Shown here piece by piece: positions 51,112 to 64,000 of a stretch of DNA of 64,000 nt (positions are counted from its first letter, which is position 1; each line of letters starts with the position of its first letter). A model generated the notes under the pieces. It searched no databases. It was not told where the DNA came from and saw only the letters and a program-made list of their open reading frames with translations. The stretch is taken from assembly GCA_028534125.1 (NCBI GenBank), contig CM052817.1, forward strand, positions 93,064,001 to 93,128,000, written 5' to 3'. Source of the DNA: Lama glama (taxonomy: Eukaryota). The position numbers and the translations under genes are program-made.

Positions 51112-54100
51112 GTTAGCATTTATCTTCTGCCATATGCCAAGCATCTTCACTTTGGTAATCGTCCCAAGCTCCATGAGGTGATTTCCTCACCACTTTTCAG
51201 GTGATGAAACTGAAACACCAGGAGTTGAAGGTGACTTGGCCAGACTCCACAGTGTGTTGGAATTGGAGTTTGAATCCAGGTCTCTCTCCAGAGCCTTCCC
51301 TCCCTGGAAAAACTAATAGGAGGCATGAAGATGAAAAGGGAGGGGATCAAATTATCATTGTTTATAAATGAAAGCCATGAAAATTAGCAAACTGCTAAAA
51401 CTAGTAAGCAAGTTCAGCAAGATTGTCAGGCAGAAGAGCAACAAAAAGTCAATAGCGTTTTTCAACATTAAGTAAAATGTTAGCTAACATAACACAACAG
51501 TAAACACTCAACACAGCAAGAAGATGCTCTAACCACAGTCACATAGGGCTTACCTGAGGATTGTATGGATGGTCCAATATTAGAAAATCTATCAATATAA
51601 TCCTAAGGGATTCAGGAAGAGTAATTACCTTGGATAAGAGCTTGGTAAGATTAGACAGGATCTTCCAAATAAATACACTAACGAGTGAGTGAATGAATCA
51701 ACGATCCATACTAAAAAGTAAACATCATACTTAATACAGAACTTTAAAAAGCAATTTTCTTAAGTTTTGGGAAATGATGTCACTATCAGTACAACTATCT
51801 AGCAGAGTATTGAAGACGAAGATAATAATAACATCTCATTTTCACTTGGGTACTTACTATGTGCCAAGCAGCATTCTAAGTGCTTTATATGTTTTGCTTA
51901 TTTAAACAGTAGTCGACTCTGAATTCTTTATTTATCTTTGTTTCCTATATCTTTTTGCTTCCTCCCCAAATTATTTTAAACAGGGTCAATGAAGGGTGAA
52001 TTTTTCTGAGATCTCGTATGCTTATGTATTTATTAATTTGGTCTGTGCATTCAAATAATGGTTTCTCTGGATATTTAATTCTCGGTACAAGGTTATTTGT
52101 CTTCCACATCGTGGGGTCTCTACTCCATTATCTTCTTGGATCTGTTGTTTCTTTGGAGAAGCCTGATGTCAGTCTGACCTTTGCTTTCACGCTAATGAAT
52201 ATTTCTGAAGTTCCTCCCAGGCTTGAATGTTCTTCAGTGCCGCTAAAATAAGCCTGACTTTACATATGGGTTTGCTTTTAATTTGTCTTCTTTGCCACTC
52301 TACTATCTTCTTTATTTTGTGGTCTTAGGTTTACAGGTTTCAAAAACATCTTGCTTGTTTTCTCATTTATTTCCTTTCTTCTCCCAGACCACATGTGGGC
52401 AGAAGTTGCAGTTTCTGCTTTCATCCTCCGTGTCACTTGACTCTCCCTTCAGTTTCCCCAAATACTATTTCCCTAGCGTTCCCCACGATGTTGCTGATCT
52501 AACTGTGTAGCTCGTTCTTCCACGCTCCAACAGTATTCACTCTAGCATTCAAGCTACTTACTTAATTCCTTACTTACTCCTTATTTTTTAAAAAATTTTA
52601 TACCCAATTATTTCTTCATAATTTCTTCCTCCTGATTCATGTGTCCAAGATCCTTCTTACTGTTCTACAAGCTTGTTTTGTTTTGTTTTGTTTTGTTTTG
52701 TGTTTTTTCAGTTCCTGTTTAAATTCTTATCTCTTCCACTAGGCTTTCCCCATCTGGCATGCATTTTTCCAGTATTTGTCTCTCTTTTAAAGGGTTTGCA
52801 CTAGATAGTCTTCCCTGTAAGCATCTCTTTCTTAAATTGAGAGCACTGTCAGCCTAGTATTGTCAGCCATGAGACAAAGCCATAGCTTATGTCCCTCCAG
52901 ATGTGTTGGTTGGGGCATCCTTCAGGTTAAAGACCCTTTACTGTTGCCTTCTGGATTTAACAACTCCACGACTCTTCACTCTTCCGATACCTTGTTCCCC
53001 AAGGATCCTTCCCAGTCTCTTGCTTTTGGTGCCCCACCCTCTGGTAGTAGTGATGGGAAAAACCTTTACTTGGACCCAGTTATGCAATTGTGTTGCCAGT
53101 TTTTCTGAAGGCCCCACGAACAGGCCCACCAAGTATCAGTCAAGGGAAGCATCTCCCAATGCTGCTTTTCAGGGACAATGAGAGAGGGAACAGGAAGCAG
53201 CAACTAGAACCTTCCTACTCTTCTCGTCCTCCACTTCTGACCCCTGATTCTGTCCAGTTCTAGGCTTCCAAACTGGCATACAATTTCCTTCTCCCTCCCA
53301 AGGGATTTTCACAGATTTGGCATCCCTTCCTAAGCATGGCTTGGCATTCTATGAACCACCTTATTTCTTCAGAACCCATAGGGCAGATTTTCAGAGAGGA
53401 AGCCAGCTGCCCTTGCTGGCTCCTTGTCTAACTAGGAGCTGCCTGAGATGAATGGCTCTCCCTCCTCCCAACTGATTTATTCAAGAAACAGTAAATATGT
53501 GATCTTAGTGGATGTACTTACTGGAAGGGACTTTAGGCACCTTTCAATCAAGTCTCCGTACTTTAAAGCTAAGGAAACTGAGGTTAAGAGACATGAACTA
53601 CCTTGCTCTGGTCACATAGCTGTCTAAAGACAGAACTGGGGCCAGGGCCCAAGTCTCTAGGCTACCAGCCCATTCCATGGTTTTGGTGAGATTTCAGGGA
53701 GGCTCCAGTTTTCATCAGGGAGCCTTCAGTCTCAATATTACATCCACTACAGTTTTGGAAATCATAGCATTTTAATACTGAATAGGATGGAAAGATGGCA
53801 GTCTGCATGGAGTCTAGTTGGTCAACACCACCACTGTTTACATGAGTCCAAAGAAAGAGATTTCGTTTCTGTAAAAATGAACGTTTGTAGCCCCAGCCCT
53901 TGGTAGTGACACATTTAATGCTAGTTGCTTAGAAGGCTCAGTTCTGTAACTGAGTGGAGATAATTTTCTGTGTTGCAGAGATATTCTACAAGACTTTCCA
54001 TCTGCTTGGTTCTCATTCCATGCTTGTTAAAGAATCTTCCGATGAGTAATTCGATCATTTAAGTTCACCCTCTGTTATTTAGGGATGGTTCTGGTTCAAG

Positions 54101-56646
54101 AAGCAGCCACCTGTATTTACCTCTTCATGACCCCTTCTGAAAACAAACAAATAAAGAAGCCCTCAAAAGAAATCTGACATTTTAAACTACAAAATGCAGC
54201 CACCTTGGACATCCTGTATTAAGGACACACAGCAGAAAGGGTCAAAATCCTAAAGACCATAACAAATATGGAGCCAGTAGCAGGTATGAAGCACACTGAC
54301 TGATGATGTCAGTACAGCCCGTTTTCTTTGCACAAAGGCTGAGGACCATGGAAGAAGTGGCAGAAAGCAGAGAAAAATGGAAAGCGAAGATTAGAAAGAA
54401 TAAACGAAGGCAGTCTATTCATAGTAGTTTTAGTAACTACTGTTTAAATAAGACTACTTCATGAGACCAAGGAAAGAGGAGGTGAAGAACTAAAATGGAT
54501 TAAGCCTCCTAATCTGGGGGCAGGCATTCTGTTAGCTGTGTCCCAGGTAAGTACACACAGCTCTGGTGGAGAGGAAGGGACCAACAATGCTGAAAGGGTA
54601 GACAAGTTCCACCATCCAGACCAAGCAAGGCCAGCAGCCACATGGACCACACGAGAACTCACTAGTGCAAGCACTCTGCCAGTTTTTAAATAAACTTTGT
54701 TAATAGAGACAGCCAGCCTCTTAGCAGTATTGTAAGCATTACTGCTTTGCTATGTAGACTTGAGGAGTTTAGTCTCCTTGTCAGGGAGGAGCCCAACAGG
54801 CAGCGTCTTAGAAATAAGACGTTTGGGACCACTCCAGCACATGTGTGGGCACTGGACCCAGTTATGCAGTTGTGTTGCCAGTTTGGGCTAGGTCGTTTGA
54901 TCTATTACATAAAAAGCCAAATATTTGGAATGAGAAACACCAGAGATATAATCAGCAAGAAAAATAAAACATTAGGAGAATGAGAACCAGCTCTAGTAAA
55001 ACCAGAGACAGAGTACTGAGGGATTATTGATCTAAAGTGCATCTGTATTTAATTAAAGCTCAGCTTTGCCTTCACTTTTTTTTCACTTAATTGTAAGTGC
55101 TATTTCTGAGGATTGTGGTAATCGTACCTCTTTTGCTTTGTTAGGGATTAGTGAGAAGCAATAGAAATGTTTGAATCCAGTTATTTGCCAGCGGGAGACA
55201 TGGTATATAATTAAGCTGCCATTTCCACTGATAGGTTATTATCAGCAGGTAAAAAGAAATGTGCATCATTATAAATGGTCATATGGCATTTCATGCTGCA
55301 ACAGATGAGGTATGTCTTCCGCAGCAGCACTGAGCATTCATGTAGAGATCGGTGTCATTACAACTGTTATAAATCACAACATACGCTTTAATAGTTAAAC
55401 AATTATCTGTAGTGGCAGTACTGGAAAATTGCTTAGTAATGACTGGCTGATTTTTATGATGAAGAATGATTTTTATATAGATCTTTTTATACAAATACCT
55501 GAAGAGTGCCAAAGAAGAACATTCATTTTGAACAGGTACTTAGGAACTTTTTGCTTTTTGGCTCATTTATTTTTAACTGCAAATATTTGAAGGGTCAGAA
55601 GGTCACCAAAATAGCTTTTTTTTTTTAGAGTTTAAAATTATATATATTGAATATTCCGATTATATGAAAATACTTCATGTAGGACTAAGGCCAAAACTGG
55701 CCGCTACTAAATTGAGGTCTACCTGGTTTTCCGTTTGGGAAGGTGCAAGTTAACAAGGGGATGTCTTAGTCTATGAGATAAAAGGAAAATATTGTTTTAT
55801 TCTTGGAGAGCTCAAGCTACAAGTTGTCTCTCCCTTTTTTCTCTTCCCTTTCTCTCAGTGTTTCTCCTTTGTCATTCTTCTCCGCTTCTCTCTTTCCTCA
55901 TTATGATTTTTATGTTCTTCAAAACGTGGCTCAGATTTATCAGCTATAACAGCCTCACCTGAGCCAGCTGTCTCTTCCCCTTCAATTCTGCTGTCCTAGA
56001 CTCTGCCCTATTCATGGAAAAGTTGAACAGATTTCTTCTTCGTGAGAATTTTAAAGTCCTATCAAGGGGTATGTGTTCCCATCTAGACCACTGCAATCCA
56101 AAGTATGAAGATGTTTGTTCCCAGAATTTGACCCAGTAAAGAGCTTGCACCAGAATGTAAATTCACCGCATCACTGACAACACATGTTGAGTTCACCCAA
56201 CACTTTTTTTCTAACAAGACTTCCCTGAAAAAGGAATTGGTGCAAGCTTTCTTCATTGTAAACTGGCACTGTAATACCATGGAACTAGACTCTGAGGATA
56301 TTAATGGCCTCTGAGGATGTTTCTCTTTCCAATCCTGAGAGTGGAAGAGCCTGTTTGAGGAATGAGATGACTGTTAATAGTGAGGTGTCCTATTCACAGC
56401 GGGGATAATCACTAAGGGGTAGCATGTTCAGATGCTCACTGTGTCCTGTGTCGTCTGCATGGATGAGCTCACTTGAACTTCACAATAACCCAGGACATAG
56501 GTATCATCATTTTCCCTAGGCTACAGTTGAAGAAACGGAGGCTCTGAGACATTAATTAACTTTCCCTAAACCTTACTGTTAGTAAGTGGCTAAGCTGGAA
56601 TCTAACCCAGATGTGCCTGAAACCAAAGTCTGTACTATACCTAGGT

Positions 56647-56860
56647 CAGGGCTGACCAGAAGAAGTTTCTGCAGTGATGACAATGATCTCTGTGTGCTGT
56701 GTCCAGTATGGTAGCCACTAACCACGTGTGGCTTCTGAGCACTTGAAATGTGGCTGGCTCAGCTGAGGATGTGCATTTCTAGTTTCATTTCATTTCAGTT
56801 TTACTTGTGTATTTAAATAGCCACATATGGCTCGTGGCTACTGTATTAGACAGCACAGCT
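56647..56860. mobile_element. hAT-Charlie MITE, MER3-like
   Basis: gtccagtatggtagccactaaccacgtgtggc...gagcacttgaaatgtggct...atagccacatatggctcgtggctactgtattagacagcacag. Confidence 0.8.
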
Positions 56861-56995
56861 CCAGATACTTTTAAATATTGCTGACTACAAGCTAATAAGG
56901 GGAAAACCAAGTCAGGAAAATACATTAAGAGAATGTGCTGTTCTTTCTCTATTTCTAGATTTTCTCTGGATCCCACTTTAAAAAAAAATTTTTTT

Positions 56996-57103
56996 AGAAG
57001 GAAAGAAAGAGACAGAGAAAGGAAGGAAGGAAATGAAGGAAGGATGGAAGGAAGGAAGGAAGGAAAGAAGGGAAAGAAAGGAAGGAAGGGAGGAAGGAAG
57101 GAA

Positions 57104-57141
<38 letters not shown>

Positions 57142-57156
57142 GGAAGGAAAGAAAGA
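56996..57156. repeat. Polypurine (GGAA)n/(GAAA)n tract
   Basis: ~160 nt, almost entirely purine on the + strand. Confidence 0.95.
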
Positions 57157-58100
57157 TTAATTTTAAATCCATTGCTATACGGAAGCAATAGGATTCAATT
57201 AAAAAACAAGTTATTGACTGCCTCCTCTTGGTTGACACCCTGTGCTAGGCTGTAGGCATTATGAATAAATGAATGAGAAGTGGTTCCTGTCTTCAAGGAG
57301 CTCATAGTCTAAGTAACTTTGACTTATCTTTTAACTTTTAACTTTGAGGATCTTATACATTTTTTTCTCCAGAGTTTCTTTGTATATGATTACACAAAGT
57401 ATTTAAATATCTGCTAATAGTTTGTGGTGTTTTGCTTTTAATTTTTAATTTTTCAGTTTTTTAAAGAGGTCATCTATTTCCACAGTTTAAAATTCAAAAG
57501 GTACGAAGTGCTTTTAATTTCCTTCCGTAGAAACAACTGATGCTCCCATTTTGTATTGTGCGTCTTTGTCAGTAGTTTGTGCACACACAGGAAAATGAAC
57601 ACATGTATTCCTTCCTTCCCCTTCTTAGAAACAAATACACACTATTGACTAATCTTGCTGTTTGGACTTTAAAAATATACTTTGGCTACTTTTTCATTCT
57701 AGTACTGAAAGAATTTCTCATTTTTTTTCCTATGGATGCATAATATTTTACTTAATGGACATATCTTTATTTAAGCATCCTTCTATTGTTTTTTATTGTT
57801 CCCCTATTGCTATTTCCATCCTTCTGCCATTACTGAAAATATTGAGCTGAGTAACTTTAGTAATTATAGAGTGAACTGCATTCGTGTTTCCCAGAGCATA
57901 TTCCGCAGAACACAAGTCTCAGAAGTTGTTCAACATTAAAAGAGGTTCTGTGACGAAATAACTTTTGATATCCCTCTGGGTATTCATTGACAGTTCACAG
58001 TGCATATCGTCAAGCTAAAGGAAGTCCCACAATACTCTATGTCCATTTAATCCAAGTCTTTCCCAACCCTCCATTTTCTCAACTAATAGAATACACTATC

Positions 58101-58450
58101 TGTGTAGGCTGGGTTCCCTGGGAAGTGACTCCGAGATAGGAGTGTACATGCAGGAGACTCACCAGGGCATGTTCTCAGGAGCAGCGCCCGATGGAAGTGA
58201 GGTGGGTAAGAAGGAGAAGGGGGGTGGGATGCTGGCAGCAGAGGCCTCAGCTGACAACTCCCATGGGGAGTGTTCTCAAGCTGAGATGACCCTTTAGAGA
58301 TGTTCCAACTCCAGGGAAGCAGGCTAGTTCCCCAGGGAGGGGCTGTGACCTTGTACTAGGCAGCTCTCTTCCACTGAGAGCATTTCTGGGAAGAGACTCA
58401 GCTCTGAGCTCTCAGCTGGGGTGATGGGTGCCTCAGTGTCCACTCCAGCT
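58101..58450 (-). mobile_element. ERVL-class LTR, LTR33-like
   Basis: tgtgtaggctgggttccctgggaag...gaggcctcagctga...catggggag. Confidence 0.55.
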
Positions 58451-60509
58451 CTAAAGAGCATCTTTGCATCTTTTATGGAAATGCATATCTATTCTTAGGG
58501 AGCCTTGCTGGTCAGAGAAAGTCACTTGGCTTCTTTGGGACGCATCTTTCTTCTCTATGAAAAGTGGGTGCCTGACTGGACCTTCTTTGGAGTATCTATC
58601 ATTTTTTGCTTTTAATTCCATTTAAATATGTACTGATTGAGCTCCAGGGTAAGAGCCACATTTCCCCAAACATGTGTTTGTCCACATGGAGGCCAGCAAT
58701 CTGAACAGGTCAGCGGTAATCTTCCGTTATCACTGCTCTGCACTTTTGGAGAACATCTATTTTCATAGCACTTTGAAGAGTATGTCACTTAACTTGAAAT
58801 AGATTATTGGGGCAAAATGGCATAAGAGCTGAGTTGAACTTCTTTGTTTTTTAAATATTTTGGTTACCCCTTATTAGATGTTTCCTGGAAAAGCTAGCCT
58901 GCTAACTTCCTATAAACTAATAATTTATTAGTTAATAAAGCTAGTAATTATTAGCTTCTAGGAAGCTAATAACTGAAAGATAAAAAACTACATGGGGTAT
59001 GAAAGGCAAGAGTCCATCTAGCTTTGAACCACAGTCTTAGGTGCTCTTATTCATTCTTTCGAAGCTCAAGGGGTAAACAGATGTAGCCAAAAAGCTATAG
59101 CAGTTCCCCGGGTCCTTCCATTTGAGAATCCAGTGGGTCTGAATGCATTTCCTGTGCCTTTCAGCGCACTTGCTAATTTCATTCTCTGCCTTCTGCAGAG
59201 TTCATCAGTTGTGGTGGCCATCCCAGAAGCTTGTTACCTGGGTGGAAAACAAAAGGCATAAGGAACATTGCTCTTAGGTGTGTCCTCTAGAGTTGGTGAA
59301 GGTTCCACAGAGAGGATAGAAAGAAAAAAAATCCAAGAAAAGTCTCAAAGGAAAAATTGTTATCGGATAATAGAATTGAGAAGTAAAACCAGGACTAAGG
59401 AGTTGGCTGTCATATGAACATGATGTAGAGGAAAAAGCAAAAATGATAAAACAGAAAGCTAATAAGATTGATGGCTGTGTCTGAGATCAACTTTTGAATT
59501 GAACAAACATTTCCCTCAAAAGACGTAGTCATTTTTTCTTTCAACAAAAAGCGTCATAAGGATTCTTGCTCTTATTATTATTGTATAATAGTAACAGATC
59601 AGGTGAGAGATTGTTAAAAAGGGAATTTGAAAGGGAATAAACTAGAAAAGACACTGCTAGAGAGTGGGAAAAGTGATGGAATAGGAATTTGTCTTAAATC
59701 GATCCAAAATGAATTACTCTTTTCTGAACAATGATTGCCTCTTCCCCGTTCCTGCATAACTGGTGGTATCTAAGACCTATTTATACTAACTCTTTAATGT
59801 TTCCAGAACGCAGGACGACTCCCCCCATAATCCATTTTTAATTACCCATTTGCAAAAGCGTCAGATCCTATAGCATTTTGGTTGCTTCCAATTATTCAAT
59901 TGTCTAGTTCATTTAAAATCCCAGTCTCCTCTCCGTATGTTCCCTCAGCTCAAGTTAGGCCTGTGGGACCAGTAGGAGAAAGAGGATGTGGTCCGCATTT
60001 TCATGCTTTCTAACCTCCTTCTGGTTTTAACCACTGAGAGTTGGGGACTGAGAGGGTGGCCTAGGGCAGATGGACCAGACAGGCCCTGACCTCACCAGGC
60101 CATCCTCTGGTGGCTGTGAAGTCTCCTTCCTCACTAACAGTAACCAGGCATTGATACCTTCTGTGTGGGCGTTCCCACAGTTGGGCTCTCCTGCGGGCCA
60201 TGTGTGTGAGTTCTTCCATACACCTCTAGTGGCCTCTCCACCAACACTCGGTAGGCGATTAGGCTTAACCTCTCTCTACCTCTCAGCTCCCTCCCCTGGT
60301 GACACAGCCCACCAGGTCTGGTTATTTGAGTCCCTTTGCAAGGAGGCCAGCCTTGAGCCATGGCAAATTCACACAGCTTTGCTGGATCACACGCTGAAAA
60401 TGTGATACTTTTCTCCGTTTTTCTTTTTTCTTTAGTCAAGTAGGTTTAAGAGCAAATCAATAATCCCACCAGCAGACATGATGTCCAGCCAGGGGATGAG
60501 ATGCCAGCC

Positions 60510-60844
60510 TGTATTAGCTCAGGCTGCTACAACAAAGTCCCATGCCTGGACTTCTGGAGACAGGGAAGTGCAAGACCAAGCAAGGAGCCAGCTGACTGAG
60601 GTCTCTGGTGAGGACTCCCTTCCTGGCTTGCAGACGGCTGCCTTCTTGCTGTGTCCTCACCTGGTGGGGGGGGGGGGAAGCTTTATGAGATCTCTTCTCA
60701 TAAGGGCACTAATCCCATCATGAGGGCCTCACCCTTATGACCTCACTTAACCCTAATCCAAAGCCTCATCTCCAAATACCATCACAGTGAGGGTTAGGGC
60801 TTTGAAATAAGAATTTGAGGAGATACAGTTTAGTCTGTAGCACA
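60510..60844 (-). mobile_element. MLT1A0-like solo LTR
   Basis: cttcctggcttgcagacggctgccttcttgctgtgtcctcac...ataagggcactaatcccatcatgagggc...tccaaataccatcaca. Confidence 0.85.
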
Positions 60845-62503
60845 GTGTCTCTTGTATAAGTCCTGCCATGTTCCTGGCTGATGATTCCAACCATTGCCTT
60901 TCCCTTACCTTCCTGATATTTCAATCTTCTTATATGGACCAGAAATGGGGTCTTGGGGTGCAGTTGGTGGCTTGGAGGTAGTAGAAGTAGTAAGAGTTTG
61001 CCTGCCTTTGAGTTCACTCTGGAGCAGCTGTCTGGACCTAGCTACAAAGCACTCCTTAGAATGTGGGACAACTTAACGCTTCTTCATCCCCAGCATTGGG
61101 TTCAGTTCCAGGGCAAGAGTAAAGCCACATTCAAAATCTATTCCTCACCCACCCTCCTGAATTCTGAGCCTCTGCAAACAACATCCCCTTTGCTGGAGTA
61201 ACATTATTCATTCTTCAAGGCCATCTCAGCTGCACCTCACTGATGTACTTTCGAGTCCCTCATCTTCCTCTTTTCTATAGGATTAAGTCACACTGTAGTT
61301 TTTCATGGGGCTTTCTTCATTCTTCTATTAAAATACTAGGAGCATTAGTGAGTTGTTTGCAGGGTTTTTCCCCCACTGGTTGGCATGTTTCTTATAGATT
61401 AAGACTAGTTATCAAGCAAAGGTCCTCATACACAATAAGTTTTGAGTAAATATTTTTAAATAAGTAATTCAAGAAGATGCCAGCTTGCTGGCATGCATAT
61501 TGAATGGCTTAACTTTTGGAACTTACTACTGTATTGAACTTTTAGTAAATAATAGAAATGAGATTACATGGATAATTTATTATTACTAATAATATAAATA
61601 TTCTTTATATCACAGACCATACTGAATTTTGTTTAAGATGGTTTTTGATTTATAATTTAGGAATTACATTGCTTAACTTTTTTAAATGGCCTACATAAGT
61701 TAGACTACCTTTTTTTAAAATTAAGAAATATACTATTTTAAGGCTTTCTAATGGTGTAATCTGTTGGTATATTCAAAACCCTTCAAAATCACATATCCCT
61801 TGGAGCCATGATGTTATAATATTGCATGTTACTACCGAGTGTCTGAGTGGAGACTTTGCCATTTCACTCTTAGAACAGATGTTTGCAACTTATTTTCAGC
61901 ATCTTCCTTAGAGTTGCTCAGTAAATTGACATGAAGTCCACAAATACATTTGACATCACATTTACTTTGTGCTGCTTTGTGGGAAAATTAAAACCATTTT
62001 AGGAGGGAACTGCATGAAATGTTATAGTTTATTTTAAATGATGTATGATTATTTCTTTCCCCAAATGAAGTAGCTATAGTCAATGTGGATGTGAGTTAAA
62101 TTACGAGGAAGGCTGAAGATTTTAGGAATAAAGCCAAAGAAATTCCTATTGACTTCTGAAGCTTTCTGCATATGAGTCTTCCTGCCTTTTCAAGCATGAT
62201 CAGGTATGGATGTAGTCATAAATCCAAGGAATGAAGACTATACAGTGCATAATTTTTAATCTTTTTATCTTACCTTTGACTCCTACAGAATCCATTCCTA
62301 CGTATGGTCATGTGGCTCTTTAAAGCAATGTCCCATCATGTGTCATGCTGGTGATGTCACAGGAAGCAAAGAAGTCAATGGTAGCAATAGCCAGCCTACA
62401 GAAGGTCATGTAAGTAAGGTTTTAAGAATTACATCATGCAGTATAGACCCGTTTATGTAATAATGTAATTAATAATAATGAATACGTGGAAACCACGTCA
62501 TAA

Positions 62504-62507
<4 letters not shown>

Positions 62508-62546
<39 letters not shown>
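62508..62546. repeat. (AT)n microsatellite
   Basis: Perfect AT run of ~39 nt. Confidence 0.95.
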
Positions 62547-62548
<2 letters not shown>

Positions 62549-62649
62549 CAGAAGTTTTTAAGAAATGAGCATCTTAGTTGAAAAAGAAAATGCCATTTGT
62601 CACAGAATGTTGAAAGCATTTTCTAAGGACAGAGAGCATTGCACATAAC

Positions 62650-62864
62650 AGAGGTGGGTAAATTTTCTTCTGAAAAGAGCCAAATAGTAAATTTTGATTC
62701 TTTGCCAGCCAAACGATCTCTGTCACAACTGCTCAGCTCTACTGTTGTTGTTGGAAAGCAGCTGTAGGACGTGGGTAGGCCTGGCTTTGGCCCAACAGAA
62801 CTTCATTTACAAAAACAAGTGGCAGGTGAAGTTTGGTCTGTGGGTCATAGTTTGGCAAGCCTGG
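62650..62864. mobile_element. hAT-Charlie MITE, MER58A-like
   Basis: agccaaatagtaaat...tctctgtcacaactgctcagctct...catttacaaaaacaagtgg...catagtttg. Confidence 0.75.
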
Positions 62865-64000
62865 GTATATAAGGTGAAGGAATTCTGCATCTCACTTTCT
62901 ACTATATTACTAAGTTAATTTTAAAGGAACTGGGGTGGTTGAGGTTGATTAATAAATGTAATGCAACTATCAAATTGCTGAATGATTTAACTAATGTGAG
63001 GAAATTAGAGAATAATGTAGATTAAAGTGTTTGAATGACTACTTGAAACTGTGGAAAATGTTTGCGAATAATGTAAAATTAAATACAATCTCAAAAAATA
63101 AACAAACTAAAGCCACAGAAATTGAAATCCAAGGAACTGGCTTCTTCATAAAGTGAACACATGCTTCACTTTTACTTTCAGTTATAATGTTTAGGTCATT
63201 AGAAAAAATTTCTGTACCATGTGTATGGAACAAGAGAAGCAGTGGAGTAAATTTAGGAGTTTATGAAAAGTGAAACTTTTTTGCAAAAATCCTAAGAGGA
63301 AAAAAAAGTAATTCCTTTCTTGTGCAATCATTTCTGGCCTCAGAAAATAATAAAAATAAATGTAAATTGAAAGTAAAAGTATGAAGAAAATGTTGCTCAT
63401 AATTACCTGCAAAGGAAAATGTATCCTCCAACTTCATGTGCTTCCTTGAAACTCCTCTGTTTCCTAGATTTTTTTTTTTGTTTTAAGAATTCAGTAAACT
63501 CAAGAAACAACTTACTGACAGTCTTAGGGTTAAACAGGTTTTGTGTGTTGCTATCATTGAGGCTCAAAGAAGACGTTGGGCAGTTTGGATGTTGAGGGAC
63601 AGAACTTGGACCATTTTTATAGTAGCAACATAGGTCTGAATTGTCTTGTCACTGTTTATGAAGAGGAATAAACAGATGATTTCTAAAAATTCCATTATGA
63701 GCAATTCCAGGGCAAAAACCAGGGGAATTTTCTTTCAATAAAATCATGCTTGAAATATGCAAGAAACTAAACAGGACTCTCCCATCAGTTGTTTTGAAGT
63801 CATAAGGAAAGTGCTTTCTGTTTTGAAATTCTTGATGGCAAGATTTTCAGCTACAGCTTCCTTCCTTTGTAACTTAAAAGCAGAGGCATTTAGATGTGGT
63901 GATTTTGTGGAGGCCTGTGAAAGCTACTCTTATCTGATGTGAAGGAGGGTCTCAAGATTTCAGCTGTATTTCTCATTACCTTTCTGATTATCAAAGTAAC

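Noticed and set aside
56933..57238. Lys/Arg/Glu-rich and Phe/Leu/Ser-rich ORFs
   Set aside because: Translations of the GGAA/GAAA microsatellite
62484..62498. Short hairpin ACGTGG-aaa-CCACGT
   Set aside because: A 6-bp stem is expected by chance in 64 kb
1..64000. tRNA, rRNA, snRNA or miRNA genes
   Set aside because: No recognisable structural RNA sequence by eye; an Infernal/Rfam scan would be needed to exclude them

Overview
Mammalian genomic DNA, AT-rich and repeat-dense. The young L1 3' ends are of cetartiodactyl type and I see no Alu, B1, Bov-tA or PRE1 SINEs, so a camelid is my tentative guess. No complete protein-coding gene is visible. The main landmark is a CpG island at ~38.7-39.85 kb with two + strand splice donors, one directly after ATG GAG. 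It is probably the 5' end of an unidentified + strand gene whose first intron runs past the window end. A second, GC-poor but CpG-retaining promoter-like element with CRE, GC-box, NF-Y and MYB motifs lies at ~0.5-1.0 kb. The rest is a layered fossil record: young and old L1, L2, MIR, MaLR LTRs, ERV1 solo LTRs with intact TSDs, hAT and Tigger MITEs, a decayed class III provirus that carries a gamma-type env TM remnant, and a probable Ty3/Gypsy RT-RNase H fossil just upstream of the CpG island. There are also several short local templated duplications or inversions and a probable L1 3' transduction. Repeat family names come from my recollection of consensus sequences, not from a database search. 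I cannot demonstrate a novel system; the best leads are the orphan germline-type promoter, the Gypsy fossil and the class III pol plus env provirus.
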